Assembly: GCA_964658305.1 (NCBI GenBank) | Contig: OZ210885.1 | Location: 25,730,001 to 25,794,000 of the forward strand | DNA: 64,000 nt | Direction: 5' to 3' | Source of the DNA: Leptogorgia sarmentosa | Lineage: Eukaryota | Made by a program: the position numbers and the translations under genes | The notes under the pieces: generated by a model | The model's input: only the letters and a program-made list of their open reading frames with translations | Told to the model about the DNA's origin: nothing | The model's database searches: none | Shown here: in pieces, positions 1 to 13,853 of the stretch | How the letters are laid out: the number at the start of each line of letters is the position of its first letter | How positions within the stretch are numbered: position 1 is the stretch's first letter

Positions 1-322
1 AATCGCATACGTCACGAGTTAATTTGCTGAAAGTTCGATACATCATCGGTAGAGATAACAACGTTTGAGTATTAGTGTTTACCTTGAGTGCTCGTGACGT
101 CAAAATATGTCATATTCGTTGTCGAAACACAGCTTGCCTGCCAGAAATTTTACGCTTACATAGCATTACGTTGCTTAGCAACGTAGACGCAAAAACTAAT
201 CTAGGCGGGTATAGTGTTGATTATAATAAATATAGTACATAGTCAGTGTCGAAAAGGTAATTATTGTGCAAAATAGAAAGAAAAGAAAATAAACAACAAT
301 TAATTAACAGCCTAAGAAGAAA

Positions 323-323
323 A

Positions 324-368
<45 letters not shown>
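323..368. repeat. (AT)n microsatellite followed by poly-T
   Basis: Direct reading of atatatat... then a T run. Confidence 0.9.
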
Positions 369-369
<1 letters not shown>

Positions 370-1719
370 TAACTTATATGTTTTATCTTTGATATTATCG
401 TAGAGACAACAAACATCCTCGCTTTCCAAGACCTGGAAAAGTATTGCATTTATGCATTCTGTCTTGCTGAACTATTAGATTACGTATAGATATGCCTTTT
501 TGTACCAAGGTGTTGCATTTCCACAGCTCGTTTACTGGGCATGCGATGTTGATAATAAGATTCTTTACCCAGGTTTGGGATAATTTGGGCTAGGGGTAAA
601 ATTCCCCTAGCTATTTTATTAAAGAGCAGATTAAATTATTAAGAGCAGATTTCTGTAAGGACTGGGTGAAATTCAAAAAGTTTGACACATGAGTCGAAAA
701 TCGGGTATCTTCAAATTTTGTTCAAAGATAGCCTATGGTAGACTAATAAACGTGGCAAGTTGCTTTGGTCATAGTCTGGCGTTCATCTCGAGAAAATTCG
801 CGAAAACCGTTTTGAGCCGTTTTTACAGGTGGCATGAACAAATTGCAGCTGAATATAGTAATTTAAGACAAAAATATTAACAATCGATGCATTTTTGACA
901 TTTTGGCGAGACGACAAAGATGGTTCATATTTCATTACTTGAAAATCTAAATTTAGAGCATATTTTCAAAATGAAAATTATCCCCGCTGTATGACTCAGA
1001 TTTATCTCAAATTTCGTCTACAACACGTGGAAGGGTTCTACTTATTCCCAAAATAAAAATATGTCGAATAGATATTGTTGCGGTAAAGAAATACCGCGCG
1101 GAATTTACCTAAAATCACAACTTTGAGCAGTTAACGATCACAATGATCAATACTTTAAAGAAACAAAAACTAATCAGAATTATCAACTAACCGACTTAAG
1201 CAGGTTTAGAGATTACATAATAACTTTACCTTACACAAAATATCGTCCAAGATCGATTCTGCGAGGTTCCGTGAAGAATCTCTACTTTTAGTCTGAGTAT
1301 AAAGTCCGTGGACAAGTGAACGCTCAGGTGGTTTTGAGGCGCAGACACCATAATATTGCTGCCACATGCGAGCTTTAACTCCCCAGTTTTGATTCGTACC
1401 GTTGGCACAGAATATAATTCCAGTGATAAGGAATAAAACATACCTTCTAATAATAATATTAAAGTAGAATAAACAGGAATTATATTCTGTGTAGACGAAG
1501 GCTAAACATCCCTCAAATCTTGGGGAAATCCACGTGACGGGCAACAAGCTTCCGTTCACCTATTCGCAGTCCATACAGCAAATGATTTCTGCAGAGACTG
1601 TGCGCAGGCTAGTCAATACCTGAATAGAGATAACAAACAACATATTTCCCAATGATAACATGATTAAAACAATCGTCATTGACGACACGTGCAGCCAAGA
1701 CACAATGCCTCGATCTTTT

Positions 1720-3086
1720 CTATGTACGGCTGTTTACGTCTAACCGCTTTAATGTCTCCAGTTTCAATCCCCAGTGATTCGCAAATCTCCCGTAAGATAG
1801 AAATGCTAAATTTTGTAAATTTGAAGCTTGACGCCATTTCACATTGGTTCTAAGCATCAAATGTGATTGGGTGAGTGGGCCCCAAGTCATGCAAAACTTT
1901 TTGTGTAAGCTCCTCAATTTGCGCTTCCTTCAAGGCGTTGTGGGTGTCGTCGAGTTGATCTTCCTGCCCATCATCGTTTTCAGGAAGACTTTTCTTAGCT
2001 GCAAGACGGGAAAAATAACTGCTTACTTGACTGTGTGTAAAAAATTCATCACTCATGAAGAGACTTCATCCGTCCGCGTCTTTTGCAGTCATCATTGCCC
2101 GGGCGACTGACACAGGGTCTACTTTTCTTCCGGATTGTTCCCCCAGTTTAAACTTGGCATCGAGGTAGCTTTTCTGCTGTTCACTAAACCGTTTCCGTGT
2201 AGAACCTGACTTTAGCACCCAACCCATTGGCAGTTTTGTAACATTGTCTGTTGAAGTTGGTCTTGTAACAGTCATTGTGCTGATTTGGGGCACTGTTGCA
2301 GTTTGCCCTTCCAGGGCTCCAGCATAGGCAAGGGCAGCTCGGTCAAGCAATGTTTCGCGTTCAAGTACTTGTTTATGATTTCCACAGTCTAAATGCCTTT
2401 GTAGAGAGGAATGCCTGAGAAACGTTTCCTTACAGCCCTCCTCAGGACATGTAAATACTGCTGCTGCTGTTCCATCTGGTTCGTTACTGTGATTCGATCC
2501 AACCTCATCGTCGCCAGATAGATCTTTTGACGGTCTCTGTTTCACTGCCGCAAAGTTGTTACGAAATGAACAAGTAACATCGACAGTGGGGAGCTCAGAA
2601 AAAGTTGGATATTGAACCTTGTTTGATGTCAATAGCTTTCCATGGGCAATACCATGCGCCTTCCAAACACGTATACCCTCATCCTTGTACTGAAAATTGT
2701 TAAGCAAACTCACGTTATCGATCTTGACTGGTTGTACCTTGGGAAAAGCGATTGATTGACACAATGTGACGTCAACACCAGGTATTCCACCCGAAGAAAA
2801 TGTCTTGATTAACTGAGCGTAAAAGGTGCGACTTCCATGCCGAAATTGCCGTTTTTGCTTGCTTAATTCTAAATGCGAGTTCCTCCTTGACATTGGATGG
2901 CATATTTTCACTCTGAATTGATAAAGCGGAATCAATGTCATCAATTACTGATGTTAACATATCACAACGGTCGCAGACACTTGTGTGTTGGTGTTCACAG
3001 TTGGACTGGAATGCTGGTTCTTTCGGATCACTTAAGGCGTACGCTCTGCAATGATCTGCCTCGGTCGATGCCATAGAAACGTGCAC
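1720..3086 (-). pseudogene. Sola3 transposase remnant, catalytic core deleted and frameshifted
   Basis: ORFs 2772-3086 (...AWKSHLLRSVNQD), 2066-2944 (C2H2 finger CPEEGC..RHLDCGNH; GWVLK..RFSEQQK..GEQSGRKVDP), 1850-2056 and 1720-1917. The DDE region expected after NQD is absent (~2800). AG acceptor lies just before 3086. Confidence 0.75.
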
Positions 3087-3373
3087 CTACAATGTAGTAT
3101 TGGTATTAGAGCGGAAAATTGAATACGCGCAACAGCGAAATTACTTTTCTAATTGAACAAAATCATTTTGGAATGATCTAGCGCTTTGCAGCTATATGTT
3201 ACTTGCACATGTGAGTACGGTTCTCGTCCTTAATAATCAAGATAACATTTCTGATCAGCAAAAACAAAAACCATTAGCTCACTTTTTAGTAACGATACAA
3301 GACACGTTTTTAATATTGTACATTCACTATGCACGTTGAATACAAACCATATATATGAAACGTGAAAACATAT

Positions 3374-5082
3374 GGAACATGAAAAGCCGGAATCTGTAAA
3401 ACCCGGAACAAGGTTTTACGGCAAAATGGTAAAAATAATGTAAAATGCACTTTTGACTACACTTGTTATGCAACCTACGACGCAGATACAGAGAAAAATT
3501 GAAACATTTTCGCAACGTTCGCAACAAAACCAGGAATCATTTTCTTTCATTTATGTACGAGTGCACTGTGCACTATAACTAAAACTTTTCATTTATCCGG
3601 ATTTCGTGCTCTATGATATTTTATACACTGCAATAAAAATCTGTCATACTTGCCGGATGAGCCATAGACCTTTGATTTAGGTACAAACAATAATACTATG
3701 AATCATATATGACTCCAAGTCTCTAACATATACTCACATAGAGATAGAAGAGAAAGACAAACGCAGCGTAATGAGGTTGTACTTTCGAACCTACGCAAAG
3801 AATAAACTGGCATGAATCAACAGCAGGGCGTAGTCAAACCCTTAATAGGCCGTAGGATGAGCATCGAAAATGTGCTTAGAAAACAGATTCCGTTGCACCC
3901 CAATATAACTGATTATAATCCGCGCGCATAACCTTAACACGTGCATAGCTGCCTAAAGGCTTGCGCCCATTTTAGCTCCTTTATACTTGAATTAATTATT
4001 TATTTTCGAACTAATCTTCGAGCAAGTCTGCTAGGGATTGTCTCCCTTTGGCCTGGCCTTTGTTTCACTAAACAACAGACAAAATCACAAATCACGTTGA
4101 TTTAAAAAAAATTCAACGAATGTCACAGGTCACGATGACACTAGATACGTTATACCACAGTTAGTAGACGGCTACTAACTGTGGTTATACTTCACTGGAT
4201 TACAATCGTAAACAGAGGTTCTGCTGCTTGTTCTGTTGATTACTCTACTAACGTGTCTATCTAAAATATACAGGCTATATTTATAGTAAGATAACAGAAA
4301 AGTATTGCGGATATAATGACCAAGTTCTTTTGCGGAAAAACATGCGAAGTCATCATGGATATTGTTGCGACTAAGAGTTCGACTGCGCCCTGCTGTTGAT
4401 TCATGCCAGTTTATTCTTTGCGTAGGTTTGAAAATACTACCTTATTACGCTGTGGTTTCCTTTCTCTTCTATCTCTCTGACTATGTGAGTATATGTTAGA
4501 GACTTAGAGTCATATATGATTCATATCATAGTATTATCATTTGTACCTAAATCAAAGGTCTATGGCTAATCCGGCAAGTATGACAGATTTTTATTGCAGT
4601 GTATAAAATATCATAGAGCACGAAAACCGGATAAATTAGAAGTTTTAGCTATAGTGCACTCGTACATAAATGAAAGATAAATGTCTTGGTTTCGTTGCGA
4701 ACGTTGTGAAAATGTTTCAATTTTTTATCTATCTGTATCTGCATGGTAGATTGCATAACAAGTTTAGTCTAAAGTGCATTTTACATTATTTTTACATGAG
4801 AGACTGTGTTACAGTAAACATGCTCATTTTGCCGTAAAACCTCGTTCCGGGTTTTACAGATTCCAGCTTTTTATGTTCCGGGTTTTACAGATTCCGGCTT
4901 TTTATGTTCCGGGTTTTACAGATTCCGGCTTTTCATGTTCCAGGTTTTACAGATTCCGGCTTTTCATGTTCCGGGTTTTACAGATTCCGGCTTTTTATGT
5001 TCCGGGTTTTACAGATTCCAGCTTTTCATGTTCCTCGTTCCGTTCCTCGTTCCATTCCCCGTTCCGGGTTTTACAGATAGCC
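3374..5082. mobile_element. Foldback-type non-autonomous element nested in Sola3, left end truncated
   Basis: Inverted arms ~3374-3846 and ~4370-4880. The right arm continues into tandem repeats and ends ...TTTTACAGATAGCC (5082). No coding capacity. Confidence 0.7.
4846..5030 (+). repeat. Subterminal tandem repeat, unit ~29 bp (TTCCGGGTTTTACAGATTCCGGCTTTTYATG), ~6 copies
   Basis: Direct reading. Confidence 0.9.
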
Positions 5083-6342
5083 TGCCAACATGTGCACAGG
5101 TCAATTAATATGTGAAACTAATTACACATATGACACTTTTGCGGCAAGGTATTACTATCCGTTTCCTCCCGAAAAGTGAAAACCATAGCGCAGGTCCGCT
5201 GGTCAGCTGAAGTGCGACACCGCGGCTGCACCGCTCACAGTATACAATAACAAATAACAAAGTTATCGCTCAAACCACGCTCAAATGAAATCAGTATTTG
5301 GGCCAGCCGCGTCTGTACATGGCTTTTAAATAACGTTTTGAGTAGTTCAGCTTTTCAAAGATGTCCCATTGCAAAGTATAATTTAACGGATAATCTTGTG
5401 CATACATGGAAGGAATTGAAGGAATATCGTTTATGCTCTCACTCGTGCTAACTTATCAGGCACTATGGAGAATATTATACACAGAACCTCGCAGAATCGA
5501 TCTTGGACGATATTTTGTGTAAGGTGAAGTTATTATGTAATCTCTAAACCTGCTTAAGTCAATTAGTTGATAATTCTGATGAGTTTGCGCTTCGTTAAAG
5601 TATTGATTATTGTGATTGTTAACTGCTCAAAGTTGTGATTTTAGGTAAATTCCGCGCAGTATTTCTTTACCGCAACAATATCTATTCGACATATTTTTAT
5701 TTTGGGAATAAGTAGAACCCTTCCATGTGTTATAGACGAAATTTGAGATAAATCTGAGTCATACCGCGGGGATAATTTTCATTTTGAAAATATGCTATAA
5801 ATTTAGATTTTCAAGTAATGAAATATGAACCATATTTGTTGTCTCGCCAAAATGTCAAAAATGCATCGATTGTTAATATTTTTGTCTTAAATTACTTATA
5901 AACACATGTTTATTCTATATTCAGCTGCAATTTGTTCATACCACCTGTCGCGCTTCAGCGCGGAGAGGTTTTTTATCATCGTTGAAATGACTCGCATTCA
6001 CAGAGACTTCGGATGACAAACGGCTCAAACGGTTTTCGCGAATTTTTTCGAGATGAACGCCAGACTATGACCAAAGCAACTTGCCACGTTTATTAGTCCA
6101 TCATAGGCTATCTTTGAACAAAATTTGAAGATACCCGATTTTCGACCCATGTGCCAAACTTCACCCAGTCCTTACAGAAATCTGCTCTTAACTCTACAAA
6201 GATTATTTAACTAATGATTGTTCATATATATAAAAATTGTTTTGCCCAGTAAGGTGAGGGCACAAATTATGCCACAGCATCTTATCGCAGCTGAGATGCA
6301 CCCCACCCAAGGAAAATGCAACGAAAAAACTGACATTGGAAA

Positions 6343-9300
6343 TGTAGCCAAGATCTACATTAACCGTGCTGGTTCACTCGCCAATCAATATAAAACTTTT
6401 ATTAAAGGAATAAAACAACAAAATTACAAAACAAAATGCTATAAACAACACACTACCCATGCCATGTGTTTTTCGTCCTTTTGTTCGCCCAAAAAGCGTC
6501 AATTTTAGCGCGAAAATGTCAACTAATTGTATTTACTAATTAATCTTGCTCCGACATCTCCCCCTCCCGGATTGTTTGCGATCCGATTCTTAATCTGTTC
6601 CAAATTCCAGTGGCGATACACGACCAATTGAACGGCGGTAGATCTTCTCACCTTCTCTCACGTCAACAACCCGAACACTTCCATCCGCTCCCAGGTACAC
6701 CGCCTCGACCAATTTCCATTGCCGTCTTGGTGCTCCTGTATCGATGACTAATACCATATCCCCCTTTTTGATATTTTCCGTCTTACTGAACCATTTTGAT
6801 CGCGATCCGAGACTTGTGAGAATTCGTGCATCCACCGCTTCCAAGTTTCACGAATGAGCTCTTGGACGCGCCTCCAACGTTTCTGTAAATTGAACGACGT
6901 ATAGTCGACACTTTCAGGTGCAAGGTCACCCCCCATCTTACCGATCAAAAAATGGTTCGGTGTTAGTACTGGCATATCGTTTGGATCTCCGCTGATGTGA
7001 GTTAAAGGACGCGAATTCATCAGACTCTCTACACCCACAATTACTATTTCGAGCTCTTCATCCATCACGTCTGCGTTTGATAGAGTTCCTTGTATCTCTC
7101 TCTTAGCTGACTGAATCATCCTTTCAAATACTCCACCGAAGTGCGGCGACAACGGTGGGTTCCAATGCCACTGTAATCCTTTATTGGATGTTTGTGAGTT
7201 CACCTTCTCTTTGTCGATTCGACCTACCAATTCCCGGATCTCTTTGTTACCCCCTAAATGCTTGCAAAAATCCATCTGTCTCTAACGACCAGGCCATCTC
7301 CAAGTGACAACAGTGGGTCTGTAAACATAAGAATAAACACAATTACCGTTTCGCTCTTGTTTTCCCGCGGCCTTGTTTTGTGAGATATGGTCCAGCAAAA
7401 TCAACGGCACAGTTCGTGAACGGCTTCATCGTCATCTCTAATCTCAACTTGGGTAGTGGTGCCATTTGCTGCGTACCTGGTTTCCCAATAAACCGTCTCT
7501 TGCACTCGCTGCATTCTTTTATTGTTCTCTTCACCATCTCTCTGTGGACGACATGGTATCTTTCTCGAAGATGATTTAAGGTGACGTTTACGCCCATTCG
7601 ATGACCCTCGCATTTGTGGTGATATTTAACAATGAGTTTTGTCACTGGATGTCTCTTGGGGAGGATAATAGGAAACTTAACGTCCTCGCTCAAGTCGTTT
7701 GAATACACAAGTCGCATGTTCGAGTGCAGAAGGCCATCTTTCCAGATCGGCATTAATTTCAAGATAGTGCTTGTTTTTGGAATGGTTCTCCCACTTGTTA
7801 GGGCTATTATAGTTCTCCCACTTGTTAGGGCTGTTGTAAACTCTCGTCTGTGCTTCTCGAATGATGTCCTCTTCAACCACTTTTAACTCCGTTGATGTCA
7901 GCTCTCCCGTGACTCTTTCTTTGCGTGCCTCGTTTCACTTTTGGCAGTTCGTAACGAATCTTTGAACCCACGCTCTCACTTGGACAAACGACAACCCAAG
8001 CTCCAACCTTTTTGTTGAAGAGTTGCGATACCACTTGGAATATCTCGCAGGTGTTAGCCGTCATTCGTCTTCCTTTTCATCCTCCTGCTCCACACTGAAG
8101 CAAACTGTTGCACTCTTAACTCAGCAAGGCTTTTAGTGTCAATGAACTGCTCCTCCAGTCTTTCTTCAGGCCACTTGTCCCGTGTTTTTCCTAAGAACTC
8201 CGGACCATGCCACCAAAGCTCATTATCTTTCAACTCAGTTACCGTAAGCCAGCGAGTGCCGTGATCTGCTGGGTTCGAGGAGGTTGGTACGTACTTCCAT
8301 TGTGTGGGGTTGGTTTCTTCGTGAATTTCCCATACTCGGTGCGCTACAAATGTCTTGTACTTCTGGACTCTGTCCCCGTATCCAGAAGCGAACCGTCATG
8401 CTGTCAACCCAAAACGTTACTTCTTGCAGAGGAATTTCTAGCGCCCTACAAACTTGTTTACTTAAACGTAAAGCGATAACTGCTCCCATGAGCTCAAGTC
8501 TCGGTATGCTAATCGTTTTCAGCGGTGCTAACCGTGTTTTTGCAGCTACGAGCTCAACGGAAGTGTCACCGTGAATTTCGATATGTTTCACGTGTAAATC
8601 TTTTCTCAAGCAGCGAGGAATCTTGACCTGGTTTAGCTTAGTTAGTTCTTCAAACCATTGTTCCCAGGATAGTTGTAGCTCATTGGGAAGCTTGTCATCC
8701 CAGTTTAGCCCTCGGACCCACGCCTGTTGCATCATTAACTTTGCCAGCAGAATATATGGAGCGAGGAACCCTAACAGATCATATATTGTCGCAGTACACC
8801 GCAACACGTTTCGTTTCGTCAAGCTCGTCGCTTGGAGGCGAGTAGTGAAACAAGAACTGATCATCCGAAGCAGTCCACGAAACCCCAAGTGTTTTTGTCA
8901 TTGGCAATTCACTTGCCTCCAGGTTGATTTGAGAGGCGCGATCTTCTTCAGGGATGTCTTCTAACACTTCAATACGATTTGAAATCCACTTACGAATATG
9001 AAACTTTGCTTTATCTCCCAACGTTGTCAGTTGCTGCCGCATCTCCATTGCTTCCGCCGAATCTTCAACCGATGGCATCAGATCGTCCATGTAAACAGTG
9101 TTTCTTAACTACTTGGGCGGCTAAGGGCAATTCCTCTTTGTGTCGTTCAGCATGTTGTTGCCTGTGTGCAGAATGGGCAATAGCATCCCCCAAATACAAA
9201 ACAAACGAATTCATAGACCTCCAGTTCCTTAGTTCTGTCCAAGTTACGCCAGAGAAAACGATGCAAGGGCCTATCTTCTGGTAGGAGAACTAACTGATGA

Positions 9301-11453
9301 TACATCTGGCCGATATCACCTACCAAGGCTACGGGATCTTTCCGAAATTTTATCAATATGTCCATGATATCGCTCTGAAGTTTTGGACCGGGTAGAGATT
9401 CTGAATTGAGACTTTTACCTTCGTATGTTGCAGATGCATCGAAGATGATACGAACCTTCGTCGTGCTCTTGTCTGGTCGCACAACAGGAAAGTGGGGCAA
9501 CAACCATTCACTTTCTGGCCTCGGTTCGTCCAAAGTTACCGGTCTGATGTAACCTTTCTCCAAATATTCGTTGATAACTGCTTGGTATGCCGTTGCCAAC
9601 TGTGGATCCTTAGCCAACTTTCGTTCCGTAGCGAGGAGCCTTTGCTTTGCCAGGGGGCGTTGGGAGGAAGCTTTGGTCGATCATTACGCCAGGGAACCGC
9701 TACTTCATAGTGCTGCCCATTAAACGTCATCGATTGACTCACTTTTGACCATGCCAGTTTGTCGTCTGGTGCCATTTCCAACGTGGGAGATTCTTTGTGT
9801 ACAAGACCGATGCTCTCCAAATCCCAAAACTGTCTAAGCATTTCGTCCAATTCCCTTTCTGCCTGATGAACGTGTAGCTGACCATAATCTTGATGTAATC
9901 GGAAGGTATGATGAAAACCAGTGTGATGGCAATCTGTGGACTCCGCACTATTCACTTTCCCGACTGCTGTCCACCCGAGTGGACAAAGCCTCGCCGATGG
10001 CTGACCGGGTTCTCCGAGTACTTCCTTCATGGAGTACATCAGCTCATGATGGTCCGCTCCCAACAGGATGTCTACTTTACGTCCAGTTGCTAACTTTGGG
10101 AAGTGAATCTTCTTTAAGTGTTGCCAATTGTTTTTTATCCTTATCCAATCAACTGGCTTCATGCCTCCACATATTTTCTTTGATAAGTTTGCTGAGATCG
10201 TGGTGTCCACCCGACCGTCCATACTCTCTAGCCCAATCTCAAATGTCGACGACATGAAAGTCACCGTCTCGTCATTAGCTACTTTCACATTGATTTCAGT
10301 TTTGACTCCATGCAAGCCCAATGCTTCGATTACATCTTCATTTATATAACTTGTGTCACTACCTTCGTCCAAGAGACAGTTAACATGTAACCTCTTCTTG
10401 CCTTCACAATAACAGGAACTGTTCGCAACGTGACGAAGTCAGTTTCGTGTTCTCTGGTTGCGCCATAGCTTTTTCGTTTTTCATCCCCCTCCGTATTGGA
10501 TCCAGTTCCCAAATCAGCGTTCCTATCAGCGGGTTGTTCCTTCGGTGGAACTCTGGGTCTGTGAAGCAGATAATGGTGATTTTCATTACAACCATCTATT
10601 GCAAGCGTTTCCAAGGTGATTGTCGCCAAGACAATGGTAGCATAACCCAAACTTCTTTGCTGCTTTCCACCTATCTTCTATTGACTGATCGCGGTATTGT
10701 GGACACTTCCAAATAGGGTGATTCTCTGTACAAATTTGACATCGCCTCATTCTTTTGTCACTTCCATCTACTGATTTCCCATAAAGTGTCCGTCCCGTTC
10801 GACTGCTTCCGCTACCATAACTTTCATTCCTTTCTGCTTGTACACGTGGGAAACCATGCTTGATCTCTGAGGCCTGGATTTGATAGTCAGCTTCTTGAGC
10901 TGTCCACTCTTTCAGCGTCTCCATGGATTCCGACTTTTGGTTCTCTCTTAACCATCTGTAATATTGGGAAAGCAATGCCTCTGGAATCTTTTCTAGAACA
11001 ATAGTGTACAGTGTTCCTGCTTCAAGATCTGCTTTTCGGCCATTTTCTTTTAAACAAATAACAGCTCTCTCCAACACATCTGTGAATACTTCCAACTCTT
11101 TGGCGTTTCCTTCTTGTAGTGGTTTCAAGTTCTTCAACTCTTCAAGGTGACTTTGAACCTGTCTTCTTCTACCCCCATATTTTCTCTCCAATCTTGCTCT
11201 AGCAGCACTGTAAGCCTCCTGCGAATATCCAAGTCCTCTAATTGTATCAGCTGCTTCTCATCGCAAACAAGCTTCCAGTCTTAACATCTTAAACTGTGGT
11301 GTCAATGGCGCTTCATCTACACAGCTAGTAAATGCAGCATTCCACTGCTGGAATTTCATCTTATCTCCTGCAAAAATAGGGATACGAATTCGCTCCAACT
11401 GTCCATCAACTTTTCCAACAGCGCCGCTGTGTGATCCCGCAGGTAATACTGGT
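6343..11453 (-). mobile_element. BEL/Pao LTR retrotransposon 1 (degenerate gag-PR-RT-RH-IN, 5'-truncated)
   Basis: Frameshifted ORFs: gag with CCHC (10586-11191), protease LLDEGS (9536-10372), RT LPHFPV..KVRIIFDAS and YMDD (8779-9617), RNase H region TISIPRLEL (8235-8888), integrase (6748-7876), C-terminal domain (6590-6844). A purine tract GGGAGGGGAGA precedes TGT at 6556. The LTR left limit 6343 is a guess because no second LTR is present. Confidence 0.9.
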
Positions 11454-11980
11454 TGTAAACTCTCAATCTAAATCCGTAACAACGCTTGAACTTGTTAATG
11501 TCCTTTATTCGAAACGGTTCAACTAGATAAAATTACATATTTACAAACATCAGTACACTTGTTGGACTATAATTACTAAAGTTAAAATCAACTCAATGTA
11601 CCAGTCAAGTTGGCTAAGGCAGGCGCTATACGACGCTTTTTCGTCGAATATAATTCAGACGAATTTATTTCTATCAATAAATGCGAGTCAAATGCGACGT
11701 ATAACTCGATTGAATCCGACGGGTCGAATTAAATTCGTCTCACTCGCATTATCCGTCCAATCCTGACGGATAATGCGACCGAAATGCGTCCCCAAGTTAA
11801 ACGACGAATAATCGACGAATGTATCGAGACCAATTTTATTGAAATTTATGCATAATTATTAAAAATTATTCTAAGATTTAGTTGACCAATGAGAACGTTT
11901 AAATTTAAATTAAATATCGTGGGAAATGGCTAGAAATCGCGAAATCATTTCGCGATAGTATTAAACAACCTATTATTAAC

Positions 11981-13216
11981 ATGGCGGAAGGTCCGTGTGA
12001 ATCTTGTACAACCTTAACTAAATACAGCTGCATAAATTGTTCAACGTTTATTTGTAATCGAGTGAATTGTAGTCTTGCTGAGTTGGACGAAACAACTGCC
12101 GGTTGGATTGCCCAGAAAAGTGTAGGTTATTGCAAAAGCTGTGCAGATGACATTATATCGAAACCGAAATGCCAGGAAGAAACTCCACACAAGAAACCAC
12201 ATGTAGAGTCGAATGACTCCTTCACAGGCACAAGCAGTGACGAAAGTGATAGTGCTGATTCACTACTAAACCAGAGGCAAAGCACACCAAAGAACTCGAC
12301 GAAAAAAAGAAGAAAGGGAAAAGGAAAAGAAAAAAAAGTTGCTGGCAGAAAGGCTGTATGGAAAGAAGCAAATATTGATAATATGATCGACATAATAGTG
12401 AATGATGAAGGGCATTCAAGGAACTTGATTTTCACAAACGTTAAAAAGCAGAAGAACACAGAAGTGTACAAAAAGATTTTGAATAGTCTTTAAGAACGGT
12501 ACTCGCAGTATGATCCACCTTCCACCTTTCCTTTTACAGTTGTTCAAATGAGGACAAAATTTAAGTGGTGTGTTGCTACATGCAAAAAGATAAGTCTTAC
12601 CATTTCCACTAAGTCAGGTATAAAGAGAATACAGGATGACAAAGGATATGGGCAATGGTTCAACCTTCTATACCCTTTAATAAAGTTGCGTGACTCATGC
12701 CAGCCTGAACAGGCTATTGAACCAGATTCATTAAACAATAGTATTAGTGGATCTGAAGAATCATCTAGCCTTTGTAGAGAGCCCACACCACCCATGTTTG
12801 TACCCATAAAGAGTCGTGTAAGAGAAAAGAAAAAGGTCGATTTAAATGAGGCTATAGTTGGCACCATGGAGGTAATGAAGAAAGCAATTGAAAATGACCC
12901 CACAAAAGATATACTTGCCCTGATTAGAGATGAAATGAAACAAGCAAGAGAACAAGATCTTAGATTCCAGCAATTAATAGGGACAATATTACAACAACAA
13001 GTATCACAACAGGTCGCACAACCCTGGCCACCATATGGGCACCCTGCACCAGGTTATGGTCCAAATCAATTTGATGGTGGTCAAATGCATGGTTTGGCAC
13101 CAATGCAATATTTCATGCCTAACACATTACCTCAGCATAATTTGAGTGAAAACATTCCACAAACTAGTGAGACCAACTTGCCATTCAATTATCATAAACC
13201 ACCTGGACAAAGTTAG
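11981..13216 (+). pseudogene. Harbinger accessory Myb/SANT-like DNA-binding protein with N-terminal Cys-rich finger; in-frame stop at 12491-12493
   Basis: ORFs 11981-12493 and 12548-13216 are in the same frame; W...QMRTKFK...WFNLLY trihelix-like pattern. Confidence 0.75.
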
Positions 13217-13853
13217 GTATAGTAAAAATAAAAGGAAAAAGATTGGTGTGTTCTACAGTTAATATTATTAAGTAATTGGAGGAAAGAATTGAAGTGGTTG
13301 CATATTCACAAAGTGTGACACAAAATTGACTTTATTTTGTTGTTCCTATTGATTTATATTTTAATAAAGAAGTTTGTTTGTAAAATGTGCTTTTTTCCAT
13401 TTGTATCACCCTTAAAATTTAATAAAGGAGGAATGAATTAAAATGAACACTTTTGCTTACATTTTAACATTTATGATACAACAAAGAATTGAGCTATTTC
13501 TATTTGATGTCCCTGTTAAGGATGTATGTACATAATTCATGGGCATGTTCACACTTGACACTTGTCAGGGTGGGTATACAAACTTGACATAATATCTATT
13601 CCTAGAGTGAAATTTCTCCAAGGAGTGGTAAGATATTTTGATATTGCAACTTTTCTGCAGTTCACTTTCTATAAATTTGCAATCGCATCCTCTACAAGAG
13701 GATGTATGGCAAAATTAAATGAAATAGCATCATCTGACTAGTCTTGTACAGAGTAACCAAGTTCATCCAAACTCCTTCAACATTTCATACAATAAAAAAA
13801 TGAAGTTTTAAAACAGCTAACTTTATCAAGTATATCATGTGTATTGTACATTG

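Larger units (their letters stand above)
643..6187 (-). mobile_element. Sola3 DNA transposon, internally deleted
   Basis: Long imperfect TIRs (~643-1273 and ~5480-6187) begin GAGCAGATTTCTGTAAGG, with TTAA on both sides (639-642, 6188-6191). GAG termini, TTAA TSD and long TIRs are Sola3 hallmarks. Confidence 0.85.

Noticed and set aside
621..642. AAGAGCAGATT copy just outside the Sola3 left TIR
   Set aside because: Too short to distinguish a footprint or local duplication from chance.
4774..5115. Repetitive ORF and CRISPR-like periodicity
   Set aside because: Head-to-tail tandem repeat without unique spacers, in eukaryotic DNA with no cas genes.
7784..7835. 27-bp tandem duplication in BEL1 pol (also a 33-bp duplication at ~42113-42178)
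   Set aside because: Ordinary post-insertion decay.
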